In this document: piece after piece, positions 1-10,202 of the stretch
Layout of the letters: every line of letters begins with the position of its first letter
Position numbering within the stretch: the stretch's first letter is position 1
Assembly (NCBI GenBank): GCA_041653675.1
Contig: JBAZEY010000006.1
Coordinates: 837-64,836 of the forward strand
Length of the DNA stretch: 64,000 bases
Direction of reading: 5' to 3'
Origin: Patescibacteria group bacterium
GTDB taxonomy: Bacteria > Patescibacteriota > Patescibacteriia > XYB2-FULL-38-15
Notes under the pieces: model-generated
Seen by the model: only the letters and a program-made list of their open reading frames with translations
Database searches by the model: none
What the model was told of the DNA's origin: nothing
Program-made: the position numbers and the translations under genes

Positions 1-141
1 TTCTCCCTTTGTGAAATTAAATTCACTTTAATTTATTTAAATTTGGAGGAAAACCCTCTGTTTCCATTAATATTGTATTACAATAATATTACGGAAAGAT
101 TAAGAAATTATTTAATCTTAATCCTCTGCCCAGATTAGTCA

Positions 142-277
142 ACCCCGTAGTGAAATTTTGGATTTTTGCCGAAGGCAAAATAAAATATTTTAACTTCATG
201 CATACAACGCATATATTATGATGTCATGCTTATTAATAACAAAAATTAGTTTATCTTCCAAAATTCTACTACGGGGT
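142..277. mobile_element. MITE-like element with ~21-bp terminal inverted repeats
   Basis: ACCCCGTAGTGAAATTTTGGA at 142 and TCCAAAATTCTACTACGGGGT ending at 277 are imperfect inverted repeats around an AT-rich non-coding core. Confidence 0.6.
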
Positions 278-286
278 CAAGTTTAA

Positions 287-311
287 AAAACCTCGGTCAA
301 ATCCGAGGTTT
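287..311 (-). terminator. probable intrinsic terminator after tatD
   Basis: AAAACCTCGG-tcaaat-CCGAGGTTT hairpin with an adjacent A-tract, just past the tatD stop. Confidence 0.55.
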
Positions 312-318
312 CGCTAGA

Positions 319-1155
319 TTATTTTTCCATTTTTGAAAAAAGGCGTCTGGCATTTTCCGTTGTTATTTTTTCTACTTCCTCGTATGATTCGTTTTTTACT
401 CGCGCGACTTCCTTCGCGACAAACTCAACATAAAGCGGCTCATTTCTCTTTCCACGATGCGGCTCGGGAGTAAGATACGGACAATCGGTTTCTACCATTA
501 TTTTATTCAAGGGAATTTTTGCCAAAGCCTCACCTTCATAATGAGCAAAAGTGATCACGCCAGTAAAAGAAATCAAAAATCCTAAATTTAAATAACGCCT
601 TGCCTCTTCAAAACTTCCCGAAAAACAATGCATCACTCCTCTTACATCAGGACCGGCCGGCTTATCAAAATTTTCTAGGAGCTGGATTAAATCGGCGTGA
701 GCTTCGCGGCAATGAACAATTACTGGTAATTTTTTTTCCACGGATAACTTTAAAAATTCTAATAAAACTCCTTTTTGTAAATTTTTTATTTCCGTTGGAG
801 ATTTTATTTGCCTACCGCTTACTCCGCTGCCGGAGCCTTCCGGCCGAATTGACGACGGCATTCTAAAATAATCTAAACCAATTTCCCCAAGTGCTACGAC
901 TTTTGGATGCACTGCCAGTTTTTTATATTCTTCTATATCAATATCTTCATCTAAAACATGAACCGGGTGAAGTCCAACCGCGGCGTAAACACCGTCGGGA
1001 AATTCTTCGGCAATGGCTACGGCCTTTTTGCTTGTTTCTAAATTACTGCCAACATTAATAATTTTAATTCCAGCATCAAGCGCCCGCTTGGCTGTTTCCC
1101 GCCAATCATTTTCAAACGCTTCAAAATTAAGATGGGCGTGAGTGTCAAATAACAT
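319..1155 (-). CDS. tatD: TatD family deoxyribonuclease
   Basis: DTHAHL, GLHP, GEIGLDY, HCR, HCFSG and ETDCPYL motifs. Confidence 0.95.
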   Translation of the reverse strand: MLFDTHAHLNFEAFENDWRETAKRALDAGIKIINVGSNLETSKKAVAIAEEFPDGVYAAVGLHPVHVLDEDIDIEEYKKLAVHPKVVALGEIGLDYFRMPSSIRPEGSGSGVSGRQIKSPTEIKNLQKGVLLEFLKLSVEKKLPVIVHCREAHADLIQLLENFDKPAGPDVRGVMHCFSGSFEEARRYLNLGFLISFTGVITFAHYEGEALAKIPLNKIMVETDCPYLTPEPHRGKRNEPLYVEFVAKEVARVKNESYEEVEKITTENARRLFSKMEK

Positions 1156-1660
1156 AAGATTTTAATTGTTTAACCACTTCCGGAAGAAGAGGCATCAAAA
1201 TTTTCCCAACAGCGATAAGATAATGTGCAACTTTTGAATCAGCTAAAGAATTTATAAACCAATCGCCAAGGGGATATCTTTCCGCGACAAAAAGAGTCAA
1301 ACCCAAAACCAAAGTACCTTCCAAAAATCCAAACACCCCGCCCAAAAGCCGGTTGATGGTGCTTAAAAAAGGAATAATTTTTAAAAATGAAAAAATCTTG
1401 TCAATTATCCAAAAAACTAAACCCACGAGGCGGTTAATAATAATAAAAAGAAGTAAAAAGCAGACGACTTTGGCTAAATTTTCATGGCCGCCAAAAAGAA
1501 AACCAAGCCATGAAGCGACATCGTCGTACCACCGTGCCGCTAAAAACGCGCCGGCAATCGTCCCAACCAAAACCCCGAGAGCGTTAATTAAACCAAACCA
1601 TAAGCCATAAAGCACAAATCCGCCGAGAATTAGGAGAAGAATGAGGTCGAAAAGAACCAT
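1145..1660 (-). CDS. CvpA (colicin V production) family membrane protein
   Basis: 4 hydrophobic segments; NRLLGGVFGFLEG motif. Confidence 0.85.
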   Translation of the reverse strand: MVLFDLILLLILGGFVLYGLWFGLINALGVLVGTIAGAFLAARWYDDVASWLGFLFGGHENLAKVVCFLLLFIIINRLVGLVFWIIDKIFSFLKIIPFLSTINRLLGGVFGFLEGTLVLGLTLFVAERYPLGDWFINSLADSKVAHYLIAVGKILMPLLPEVVKQLKSYVI

Positions 1661-1669
1661 ATAATTATT

Positions 1670-3190
1670 TTATTTTATTAATCTCGGGAACAAGGCCGTT
1701 CCTTTTTTTATCTTTTTCCCCGGAACAAGTCCGCCCCACTCTTTCGCTTCTTCCAAATTTTTCTTCTTTTCCGTTTCCGGCTTCAAGCCGAGCTGCTCAA
1801 AAATTTTATCCGAAGTCATGGGCATAAACGGCGCGATCTGCCAGGCAATGTGCCGCAAAGTTTCAATCAGGGTATAAATTACTCGCGACAATCTTTCTTT
1901 ATCAACTTTAGCCAATTGCCACGGCGCTTCGGTATTTATAAATTGATCGCAAAAAGAAATCAAATCCCAAACGTCTTTCAGCGCCAAATGCGGCGCCAAT
2001 TTTTCCATATTTATCTCGTAACTCTGCCAAGTCCGCTCCACGCTGCCGGAAGTTTTATCCGGAATTTTACTATCAAAATATTTTTCACACATTGAAAGAA
2101 CCCGAGCGACAAGATTTCCTAAACCATTAGCCAGTTCTGCGTTATAACGTTCTTCCAGGCGCGTAAAACTAAAATCCCCGTCTTCTCCAAAAGAAACTTC
2201 ACGCGAAAGGAAATAGCGCGTTTCGTCAACGCCGTATTTATTCGCCAGCTCCACCGGGTCAATAACATTGCCAAGCGACTTACTCATCTTCTGCCCGTCA
2301 ATTGTGAAATATCCATGGACAAAAAGTTGTTTCGGCAAATTTTCACCCATAGCTAAAAGCATCGCCGGCCAAATCGTAGAATGAACGCGCAAGATGTCTT
2401 TGCTCATCAATTGAACATCTGCCGGCCAGAATTTTTTATACGCCTTCTTGTCTTTCGGCCAGCCGAGTCCAGTCAAATAGTTTAAAAAAGCGTCAATCCA
2501 AACATAAAGCGTGTGGTTTTTATCGAACGGCAATTCTATGCCCCACGGCACTTTTTCTTTTTTCCGCGAAATGGCTACGTCCCTTAATCCTTCCTTTTCA
2601 AAAAAAGAAATCACTTCGTTTTTACGCGTTTCCGGACTGATTTTAAATTTATCGTTTTTAATGTGTTTTAATAATTCATCCTGAAATTTGGACATTTTAA
2701 ATAAGTACGCTTCCTCCGTATGGATTTCCGGTTCAGTTTTATGATCAGGGCATTTTCCGTCAACTAATTCCGCTCTGGTTTTGTATTGTTCGCACCCGAC
2801 GCAGTAGAGCGCTTCGTATTTTCCTTTATAAATAAATTTTTTATCAAAAAGTTCCTGCGTCACTTCGGCCACGGCTTTTTCGTGCGCCGGATCGGTCGTG
2901 CGGATAAAATTATCATTTGAAATATTCAAAGTATCCCAGGCCGCGGAAAAGGCGGCGGAAATTTCGTCAACAAATTCTTTCGGCTTTTTTCCAACCTTAT
3001 CGGCGATCTGTTGGATTTTAGCGCCGTGCTCGTCCGTGCCGGTCAAAAAGAAAACTTCCTCGCCGCGCATACGGTGATAGCGCGCCAAAACATCAGCCGA
3101 AATAGTTGTATAAGCGTGGCCGATGTGCGGTTTTGCGTTTACATAATAAATCGGAGTGGTGATGTAAAATTTTTTATTTTTTGCGGCCAT
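1670..3190 (-). CDS. metG: methionine--tRNA ligase
   Basis: YITTPIYYVN, HIGH and KMSKS motifs; likely start at ATG 3190 (MAAKN). Confidence 0.97.
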   Translation of the reverse strand: MAAKNKKFYITTPIYYVNAKPHIGHAYTTISADVLARYHRMRGEEVFFLTGTDEHGAKIQQIADKVGKKPKEFVDEISAAFSAAWDTLNISNDNFIRTTDPAHEKAVAEVTQELFDKKFIYKGKYEALYCVGCEQYKTRAELVDGKCPDHKTEPEIHTEEAYLFKMSKFQDELLKHIKNDKFKISPETRKNEVISFFEKEGLRDVAISRKKEKVPWGIELPFDKNHTLYVWIDAFLNYLTGLGWPKDKKAYKKFWPADVQLMSKDILRVHSTIWPAMLLAMGENLPKQLFVHGYFTIDGQKMSKSLGNVIDPVELANKYGVDETRYFLSREVSFGEDGDFSFTRLEERYNAELANGLGNLVARVLSMCEKYFDSKIPDKTSGSVERTWQSYEINMEKLAPHLALKDVWDLISFCDQFINTEAPWQLAKVDKERLSRVIYTLIETLRHIAWQIAPFMPMTSDKIFEQLGLKPETEKKKNLEEAKEWGGLVPGKKIKKGTALFPRLIK

Positions 3191-3194
3191 AATT

Positions 3195-3869
3195 TTACTT
3201 TTTACCGACCACGACAACAAATTCTCCTTTTGTCGTCCCGGCTTTTAATTTTTCTAAAACCTCACTTACTGTTCCCCGATAAATTGTTTCAAACATTTTA
3301 GTTAACTCACGGCACACGGCAATTTGTCTCTCCCCCGCCGCCGTCCGCAATTCTTCCAATGATTTTAAAATTCTGTGAGTTGATTCATAAAAAATAACTG
3401 TTTCTTCCGTTGCGTCAATTTTTTTAAAAAAAGCGGCGCGGCCGTGTTTATGCGGCGGAAATCCTAAAAACAAAAATTTATCAGTCGGAAAACCGGAAAT
3501 AGAAGCCGCAGTAGCGACGGCTGTCGGACCTGGGATTGGAATAATTTCTGCTTCCTCGCCAAACATTCTCAAAACTTCTTCCACCAATTTTCCACCCGGA
3601 TCAGAGATGGCCGGCGTGCCAGCATCTGAAACTAAAGCCAAATTTTTTCCGTTCCGCAAAAGTTCGATAATTTGTTGAATCTTCTGCAGCTTGCTGTGCT
3701 GATGATAACTCAAAGTCGGCTTTTTTATTTCATACTTATCCAAAAGTTTACGCGTCTCGCGTGTATCTTCACACAAAACTAAATCAACCTCTTTCAAAGT
3801 CCGAAGAGCGCGCAAAGTTATATCCTCCAAGTTTCCGATTGGCGTAGCAATAATGTAAAGTTTTCCCAT
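3195..3869 (-). CDS. rsmI: 16S rRNA C1402 2'-O-methyltransferase
   Basis: LYIIATPIGNLEDIT, SDAGTPAISDPG and RELTK motifs. Confidence 0.95.
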   Translation of the reverse strand: MGKLYIIATPIGNLEDITLRALRTLKEVDLVLCEDTRETRKLLDKYEIKKPTLSYHQHSKLQKIQQIIELLRNGKNLALVSDAGTPAISDPGGKLVEEVLRMFGEEAEIIPIPGPTAVATAASISGFPTDKFLFLGFPPHKHGRAAFFKKIDATEETVIFYESTHRILKSLEELRTAAGERQIAVCRELTKMFETIYRGTVSEVLEKLKAGTTKGEFVVVVGKK

Positions 3870-3911
3870 GAACAGATTATATCAATTTTACCTTTAAATT
3901 TCAAGAGAAAA

Positions 3912-4457
3912 CTACCACCTCGCGTTTTTAACGCGCAAAAGATATCCAATATTATTTGTAGCAATATGAAGAACTGGGCTCGCAATTAAAATCACCACCA
4001 CGGCCAGAGGAGGCGGAAAACAAATCGGCGCGGCAAAAATTAATGCGCCGAGCACAAAATCAAGTTGATCAAAAGGAATCCACGGCGCCCCGGGGGCGAT
4101 TTTTATTCTTCTTTTAAAAAAACTTTTTATCAAATCCCCAAAGAGCGCGCCAAACCCGAAAAGAAATCCCAGGAGCCACAGATTTGTTTCGGAATAATTT
4201 AATAAACTTAAATTTTTAAAAATCGGGACAGAATACAAAAAATATTGTAGCCAAGCGATAGCGATTGCCGCCACGATGCCAACCACAAATCCCCGCCAGG
4301 TTTTATGCGCGCCAAAAATCGGCTGGCCGCGCCAAATCCGACCGTCGTCAACCGGCCGCGCTAAAAATTTTAGCACGCCAAGCTTTTCTGCAAAAACCGG
4401 CGCCATGTTCGCGATGTACGCCGGCAACATAAAATATAAGCCCTGGAGGATAATCAT
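3912..4457 (-). CDS. CDP-archaeol synthase (CarS/DUF46) family protein
   Basis: PAYIANMAPV, HKTWRG, GDLIKSFFKRR and DQLDF motifs. Confidence 0.85.
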   Translation of the reverse strand: MIILQGLYFMLPAYIANMAPVFAEKLGVLKFLARPVDDGRIWRGQPIFGAHKTWRGFVVGIVAAIAIAWLQYFLYSVPIFKNLSLLNYSETNLWLLGFLFGFGALFGDLIKSFFKRRIKIAPGAPWIPFDQLDFVLGALIFAAPICFPPPLAVVVILIASPVLHIATNNIGYLLRVKNARW

Positions 4458-4972
4458 CTCAGCTTCAAAATATTTAAAACAACTAGACCGCGATACGTAT
4501 AATTTATAAAAGCAAGAGCAAGCGAGATTGTCACGGCGCCAAAAAAGATATTGGGATAAAAATCAAAAATTACCGCGAAAAACATTATTGTTTGCATAAA
4601 AGAATTAAGCTTCCCCCAAAAAGTATGGGCAAGAGTAATGTTTTTTGTTTGAAAAAGCATTACCCATCCTAAAATTATATAGAGATGATAAAAAATGGCA
4701 AAAATTGCGAGTCCCGGCGGCAAGCCGTGATTCAAATATAAAATTAAAAAAGCAAGGAGCGCCAAAAGCCGGTCCGCGGCTGGATCCAAAATTTTTCCGA
4801 GCGTCGTGACCTGATTATATTTTCTTGCGAGATAGCCGTCCAAAACATCTGTCGCGATAGCCAATAAAAAAACTCCCGCTGCGGGAATTTTATAAGAATT
4901 AAAAAGAAGAACAGCAAAAACAAAGGCCAGTACAACGCGGATTAAACTTAAAATATTAGGGAGATTTATCAT
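4454..4972 (-). CDS. CDP-alcohol phosphatidyltransferase (PgsA-like)
   Basis: NLPNILS and DVLDGYLAR...LGKILDPAAD motifs. Confidence 0.9.
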   Translation of the reverse strand: MINLPNILSLIRVVLAFVFAVLLFNSYKIPAAGVFLLAIATDVLDGYLARKYNQVTTLGKILDPAADRLLALLAFLILYLNHGLPPGLAIFAIFYHLYIILGWVMLFQTKNITLAHTFWGKLNSFMQTIMFFAVIFDFYPNIFFGAVTISLALAFINYTYRGLVVLNILKLR

Positions 4973-5092
4973 ATTTTTATCCCTTATATTATTATACTAA
5001 ATTTTCGCCTAAAAGAAAAACCCCGACAAAAAGTCAGGATTTTTCTTTGGCTCCACGCTCCGAGCAAACTGCCCCGCCGCCTAAAATTATTC

Positions 5093-6262
5093 TTACCGAT
5101 TTCCTTTCGCTCGATTGTGTGTCTTGCACAACATCTGACAGTTTTTGGCTGCTGTTTTGCCACCTTTGCTCCAAGCCGCGACATGGTCGGCATCCATCTC
5201 GTTCAAATTCCAAATCTTTTCCTTGTTGGCATCGTGTCCAACGGCACAAAGCGGGCAGTTTGATTTTTCTTTCTTTTCAGCCGCAGCGGTCTGTGTTGCA
5301 TACACAGTTTTCTTTGTCGCTTCATCAAAAATTCTGACTTCAAGTAATTTCGTATCAGTGGAATCACCAAGAATATACTCAAAAATTCCTCTACGATTTT
5401 TTACATACGGATCCGCATAAAGTTTATGAACTTCCGCCGACACTTTGGCAGGATTATACGCTTTCTTGTGATATGTTTCGTAAAGCCGTCCCCACGGAAG
5501 CCCGCACATTTCGCTTTCTACGTCAGTAAATACGCTAGATACCCAATCAATGACGGTGTTAAAATATTTTTTCAACTCATCAATATTTTTGTCTTTGCGA
5601 TGTTTGCTCATATAATCGCCAATATTGTCTTTGCTTACCCAATCAAGAGCACATTCCAAAAATTCCTGCCGGTTAGCGCTGCCGGATACATACGCGCTCC
5701 ATTTTTGGATATTGGCGTTTTGGCTATTGCTGAATTCCTCTTTACCGAGTGTCACAAATGGTCCGGAATAAACCGCATTGAGCAATTCCTGATTATTAAG
5801 CGGAACACCGGCAATATTTATTGTTTTAAACCATTCTTTTATCTCGCTTTCTTCACCTTTACATTCATAAATAGTTAGTGTTGTATTCAATATTTTAGAT
5901 TGCTTATTTTTTGCAAGACCTGAAAAATATTGCTCCATACCATTTTCGTCTTTGATGGCGAATTTGTCATTCACAAAACGTCCAACGCTAGTGATGCGCT
6001 GTTGCCCGTCCAAAACTTCCAGATTGTTTTCAGATACCTTATTAAAATAAATCAAACCAATCGGATACCCCTTGAGAATCGAATCAATAACAGCAACCTC
6101 TCTTTTTCCACCATCGGAGGCATAGATATAGTTACGCTGATATTCCGGCTGAATAGTGAGCTTGCCGGACAATCCGAATAGTCCCTTGCCTTCAAGTTCG
6201 TTATAGACAAACCCATCGCAAATATCTTTGACAGTAATGTTGATCTTTAAAGCTGTATTCAT
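5093..6262 (-). CDS. DUF262 (GmrS-like) plus C-terminal HNH endonuclease
   Basis: [14 protein letters not shown] and FKTIN (DUF262); CPLC...[12 protein letters not shown]...[13 protein letters not shown] (HNH). Confidence 0.88.
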   Translation of the reverse strand: MNTALKINITVKDICDGFVYNELEGKGLFGLSGKLTIQPEYQRNYIYASDGGKREVAVIDSILKGYPIGLIYFNKVSENNLEVLDGQQRITSVGRFVNDKFAIKDENGMEQYFSGLAKNKQSKILNTTLTIYECKGEESEIKEWFKTINIAGVPLNNQELLNAVYSGPFVTLGKEEFSNSQNANIQKWSAYVSGSANRQEFLECALDWVSKDNIGDYMSKHRKDKNIDELKKYFNTVIDWVSSVFTDVESEMCGLPWGRLYETYHKKAYNPAKVSAEVHKLYADPYVKNRRGIFEYILGDSTDTKLLEVRIFDEATKKTVYATQTAAAEKKEKSNCPLCAVGHDANKEKIWNLNEMDADHVAAWSKGGKTAAKNCQMLCKTHNRAKGNR

Positions 6263-7110
6263 ATTGTTATTAAATCAAAATTTATATTTTTAAGTTTAGA
6301 ATCAAAAAACAAAATTTCTTTACCTTTTTTAACACAAAAAGCTGTATAAATTAAATTAAATTCAAAACTATTCTTTACAAATTTATATAAATTTTTGATT
6401 TTTGAAGTATTATCATATGAAACTATCCAGTGAATTGTTTTTATTTTTTTAATTTCTTGCGATACTTTTTCATGATCTTCACTACTGTAAGAATTTTTGT
6501 AAAGACTTGGGCCTTTTAAATAATATGGCGGGTCAAAATAAAAAATAGTTTGCTGATTTTTAGATTCATCTTTAATTTTTTCAATCAGCTCAATGGCGTC
6601 TAAATTGAATAATTGAATTTGCTTTTTAAATTTTGCTATTTCCCTTATTCTTTTAATTAACTCCTGTTTCTTAAAACGACAATCCATTTTATAATTTCCA
6701 TCTTGCTTAATTCCTCCTATCAACCCGCCATCAATAATTCCGGACATGTTAACTCTATTAAGGAAAAAAGTAGAAAAGCCGAGCTGGATTAAGGATGAAT
6801 ATTTTTTTGTTTTTTGAATTGCCTTTGCCTTTCTCCAAGTTTCAACATTTATTTCAACATCTTCAATCATCTTACACAATTTATTTGTATGGTTTAAAAC
6901 AGAATACCAGAAAGCATAAATAGAGCGATCGTAATCATTTATAGTAATACTATCTACTTTTCCTTCTAATAATAAATACAAAGCCACAGATGCGCCGCCA
7001 GCATATGGCTCTACATAATGACTATTAATATTATTATCAACACAAATTTGAGCAATAAATTTTGCCAGCTTATTTTTTCCGCCTGGATATCTTAACGGTG
7101 AGTAGAACAT
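6259..7110 (-). CDS. Dam/D12-class N6-adenine DNA methyltransferase
   Basis: [17 protein letters not shown] and DPPY motifs. Confidence 0.92.
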   Translation of the reverse strand: MFYSPLRYPGGKNKLAKFIAQICVDNNINSHYVEPYAGGASVALYLLLEGKVDSITINDYDRSIYAFWYSVLNHTNKLCKMIEDVEINVETWRKAKAIQKTKKYSSLIQLGFSTFFLNRVNMSGIIDGGLIGGIKQDGNYKMDCRFKKQELIKRIREIAKFKKQIQLFNLDAIELIEKIKDESKNQQTIFYFDPPYYLKGPSLYKNSYSSEDHEKVSQEIKKIKTIHWIVSYDNTSKIKNLYKFVKNSFEFNLIYTAFCVKKGKEILFFDSKLKNINFDLITI

Positions 7111-7112
7111 AT

Positions 7113-8393
7113 TTATTCTTTTTTAGTTTTAAAATAAGTTTCTAAAATATCTCCCGCAACATATGACATTTTCAACACGTCCTGTTTCGAAACACTTATA
7201 TTGCCGTGAGCATATTTTCCAAGCAGTGCCTCAAACTCAAACCTTTTGTTTAAAAAATCTGAAGTAATACTCAAATAGTTTACAACTTCTTTATCTTTGC
7301 ATTCTTTTTGAAATAATTTAATAAAACTCAAATAGGGATTCTCTTGATTTGCATTATCGGTATCTCCTTGACTTCTGTAATAAATTCTAGAAGCAACATC
7401 CAATATTAACCTCGTAGACATTCCTACAATTAACAAAATATTCTCATCATCCGTTCCTTTTTTATAAACTTTATCAACTGCCAAATACAAATCATTTACT
7501 GGACCCTGTTCTAATTGCAAAACTCTGCCAAAAAGAATATCTTTCTTCTTTGTTGCTGGAGTTTTTTGAGGTTTTATCAATTTTTCAGCTTGTTTTTTAC
7601 TAATTGATATTTCTTCAAAAACACTATTTTCTGGGTTCTTCAGTATTTCATCAATAGATTTATCTTTGTTAATTATTGTTTTTAGTTTTCCTCTGTTATT
7701 TCGAGTAGATATATCACCTTTTTGTAAAGCATCCTGTGTTGCCTCAAAAATTTTAATGAGCTGTCCATCTGAATATTTACTATAAAGTTTGCCTTCCTTC
7801 AGATCTATTCCGATATCTTTAAGATTTTTTTCATTTAAAACCTCTTCTTTCACAAATCTTTTGTTTAAAGTTTTGTTTCCTTTTAAAAAACCCGTTTGAT
7901 CATTAATGGACACAAAAATACTTTTTGGTTTATTTTTAAAATGTAACAAAAAGTAGTCTCTTTCGAGTTCTCCCCACGATCCATTATCAATATGTTTCCT
8001 TTCAATACTCGTAACAGCAGTATTTTCATCACAAACATTACACGGAAGAGTGGTTTGTTCTCTCAATAATTTTGGCTCAAGTTCTCTGAATAACTGCCCC
8101 ACATACTTGGAATACTTACTATCATCTTGTATTATTTTTAGCAAAGCAACTCTTCTGTTTCCATCATAAACTACATACTTATCATCTTTTTTGACGACTA
8201 TGGGTAACTCTGAATAATCGTAATATTCGCCCATTTTTTGTACTAACTTTTTTATATTCCATTTATTATCCGAGTCTTGGATAATACGATCAATGATTTC
8301 TTCATCGATTTTTTTAGCATCAATTGGATCTCTTGGGTTTTCCGTCCAGAGATGTAAATTTTTTATTGGGATGTTTAGAATTTCTTGTTTCAT
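7113..8393 (-). CDS. ParB/Srx-like N-terminal domain protein
   Basis: ENPR...VVYDGNRRVALLK ParB/Srx-type motif; very AT-rich. Confidence 0.65.
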   Translation of the reverse strand: MKQEILNIPIKNLHLWTENPRDPIDAKKIDEEIIDRIIQDSDNKWNIKKLVQKMGEYYDYSELPIVVKKDDKYVVYDGNRRVALLKIIQDDSKYSKYVGQLFRELEPKLLREQTTLPCNVCDENTAVTSIERKHIDNGSWGELERDYFLLHFKNKPKSIFVSINDQTGFLKGNKTLNKRFVKEEVLNEKNLKDIGIDLKEGKLYSKYSDGQLIKIFEATQDALQKGDISTRNNRGKLKTIINKDKSIDEILKNPENSVFEEISISKKQAEKLIKPQKTPATKKKDILFGRVLQLEQGPVNDLYLAVDKVYKKGTDDENILLIVGMSTRLILDVASRIYYRSQGDTDNANQENPYLSFIKLFQKECKDKEVVNYLSITSDFLNKRFEFEALLGKYAHGNISVSKQDVLKMSYVAGDILETYFKTKKE

Positions 8394-8403
8394 AATCTCA
8401 AAA

Positions 8404-9519
8404 TTATTTTTTCTTATGTCTTATAAGTATTCGGGTATAGAGTCTTTCGTTGTTTACATAACCCCTATCTAACTTACCTGTCCATTTAGGATTAACCAAT
8501 TTAGGTAATAAACCCTCTTTGATATTGTAATCACTTCCTAATATCTCAAACTGGTCCGGATTATATTTATCCAGAAAACTGCTCGGCACCCCCATTGCGC
8601 CACTATAATCGCTTGGGATGGAATCAGTAAACGGCACCTCTATAGCATTGTAATTGTCATATTTATCATATGTTTTTTTACCTTTAATTTCTTTGTGTTT
8701 GCTGTATTTCAAATTTTCTTCCATTGTCATAAGCGGCAATGGTTGGTGACGACGTCCGTGGTCAAGATTTGTCAACCAAACGGCAGGCACATTTTTCATA
8801 TTGACACCATCAATCACCTTATCGACATCACCATCATCCATCGTTACGAACCATAATCCGCCAGACCATCCTGTTTTTCCTGACCACATTTTATTGGCTT
8901 TAATCAACGGAAAAATTTCCTTGGATGTTACGTTATTTTTATTGCCAATAATCACAAACTTTTTATTATAATCAAAAAGTTGTTTAACATATACGAGAAA
9001 CAAACTGAACGGCGGATTTGTTACCACAATGTCGGATTGTTTAAGTAGATTTATACATTCATCACTGCGAAAATCGCCGTCGCCGTCTAGTGGCGCCCAT
9101 TCGTTTTGTTTGTTTGCTTTTAACTGCTTGGCAATATCCTTTAAGTTGAATTCGCCATCGCCATCTATGTCATGCACTTCGTTAATAATAAATTTGTTAG
9201 CGGTTACTTTCGGACGGCCTTTTGATTTCGTGAGAGTTTTGTCATCGCCATACAATGGTAGTTCCAAATTGGCAACGGGCGAGGGTTTGTAGCTCGTAGT
9301 GATAAGCCGTTTCAATCCAATCTTGTTAAAATTGAGCACGAAATAGCGAAAGAAATTACTCTCGAACGGATCGTCGCAGTTGCAATATACTACTTTGCCG
9401 CGAAAGACATCGGGATTAAAATCTAGATACGCCTGAATTTCTTTTTGAATATCGCCATACTGAGTATAAAACTCATCATTTTTCGCTCTTTTTGCGTTTG
9501 TAAGATTTTTGTTTGCCAT
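8404..9519 (-). CDS. EcoRI-family adenine-specific DNA methyltransferase
   Basis: AKRAKNDEFYT, YCNCDDP, GDGDFRS and VVTNPPFSLF motifs. Confidence 0.9.
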   Translation of the reverse strand: MANKNLTNAKRAKNDEFYTQYGDIQKEIQAYLDFNPDVFRGKVVYCNCDDPFESNFFRYFVLNFNKIGLKRLITTSYKPSPVANLELPLYGDDKTLTKSKGRPKVTANKFIINEVHDIDGDGEFNLKDIAKQLKANKQNEWAPLDGDGDFRSDECINLLKQSDIVVTNPPFSLFLVYVKQLFDYNKKFVIIGNKNNVTSKEIFPLIKANKMWSGKTGWSGGLWFVTMDDGDVDKVIDGVNMKNVPAVWLTNLDHGRRHQPLPLMTMEENLKYSKHKEIKGKKTYDKYDNYNAIEVPFTDSIPSDYSGAMGVPSSFLDKYNPDQFEILGSDYNIKEGLLPKLVNPKWTGKLDRGYVNNERLYTRILIRHKKK

Positions 9520-9522
9520 ATT

Positions 9523-9582
9523 TTATTTCAATAAATCGTCGAGCGAAACGCCGAGCGCATTGACGATTTTGTGAGACGTTTG
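9523..9582 (-). pseudogene. C-terminal remnant of an XRE-family HTH regulator
   Basis: minus strand reads QTSHKIVNALGVSLDDLLK*, the typical HTH_3 C-terminus; no intact N-terminal HTH upstream. Confidence 0.6.
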
Positions 9583-9687
9583 ATTAAATGCATCTTCCCT
9601 TAATTTTCCCGCAAAAGAGACGAATTGTCAATTTACTCTACATTCCGTCTTTTTGAAACAAGGTCGCTATGTTATAATTGAAATGAT

Positions 9688-9900
9688 ATGAAATTAACCA
9701 ATGACAGCTATACAATTTTAATTGGCACCAAAAATTTCACTGAACGTTATTATCGCGACAAAGAGGGATGGGTGAAGATATCAGCACGCGGTAAAATCTT
9801 CCGTATGACTGCCGAACAAGTTTTAAACCATCTCTTACCAGCACTATCTGGAATTAAACCAAACCTCACAACAAAAGTGACCCACAATAAAGGAGAGTAG
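9688..9900 (+). CDS. small hypothetical protein
   Basis: 70-aa ORF preceded by a TATAAT box; protein-like composition. Confidence 0.6.
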   Translation: MKLTNDSYTILIGTKNFTERYYRDKEGWVKISARGKIFRMTAEQVLNHLLPALSGIKPNLTTKVTHNKGE

Positions 9901-9959
9901 AATCTATCACCCCATAAACACAAAAACAAAATACCCAACTTGCGTTGGATATTTTGTTT

Positions 9960-10043
9960 TGGCTCGGGAGGTGGGATTCGAAGGCTCCTCGGTGCGGATT
10001 CTGCCGCAACGACCTGGCGGAGTGTGGGTTCTTTCCGAACCCC
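9960..10043 (-). repeat. duplicate of the tRNA-Asn 3' end fused to a ~60-bp element shared with the tRNA-Ser locus
   Basis: TGGCTCGGGAGGTGGGATTCGAA (9960-9982) repeats 10086-10108, followed by GGCTCCTCGGTGC...GCCGCAACG...GTGTGRGTTCT. Confidence 0.8.
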
Positions 10044-10085
10044 AAACAAAATAAAAAACCCAACGCAAGGTTGGGTTCTTTATTT

Positions 10086-10160
10086 TGGCTCGGGAGGTGG
10101 GATTCGAACCCACGACCAACGCGTTAACAGCGCGCTGCTCTACCACTGAGCTACCCCCGA
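10086..10160 (-). tRNA. tRNA-Asn (GTT)
   Basis: cloverleaf TCGGGGG...CTGTTAA anticodon loop...GTGGGTTCGAATCCCAC CTCCCGA G CCA. Confidence 0.96.
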
Positions 10161-10202
10161 ATAATGTAATATTTACCAAAATTACTTTGGTTTTATACTT
10201 TA

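Noticed and set aside
5047-5056. TGGCTC as distal att site of the RM island
   Set aside because: The match to the tRNA-Asn end is only a few bases, too short to support
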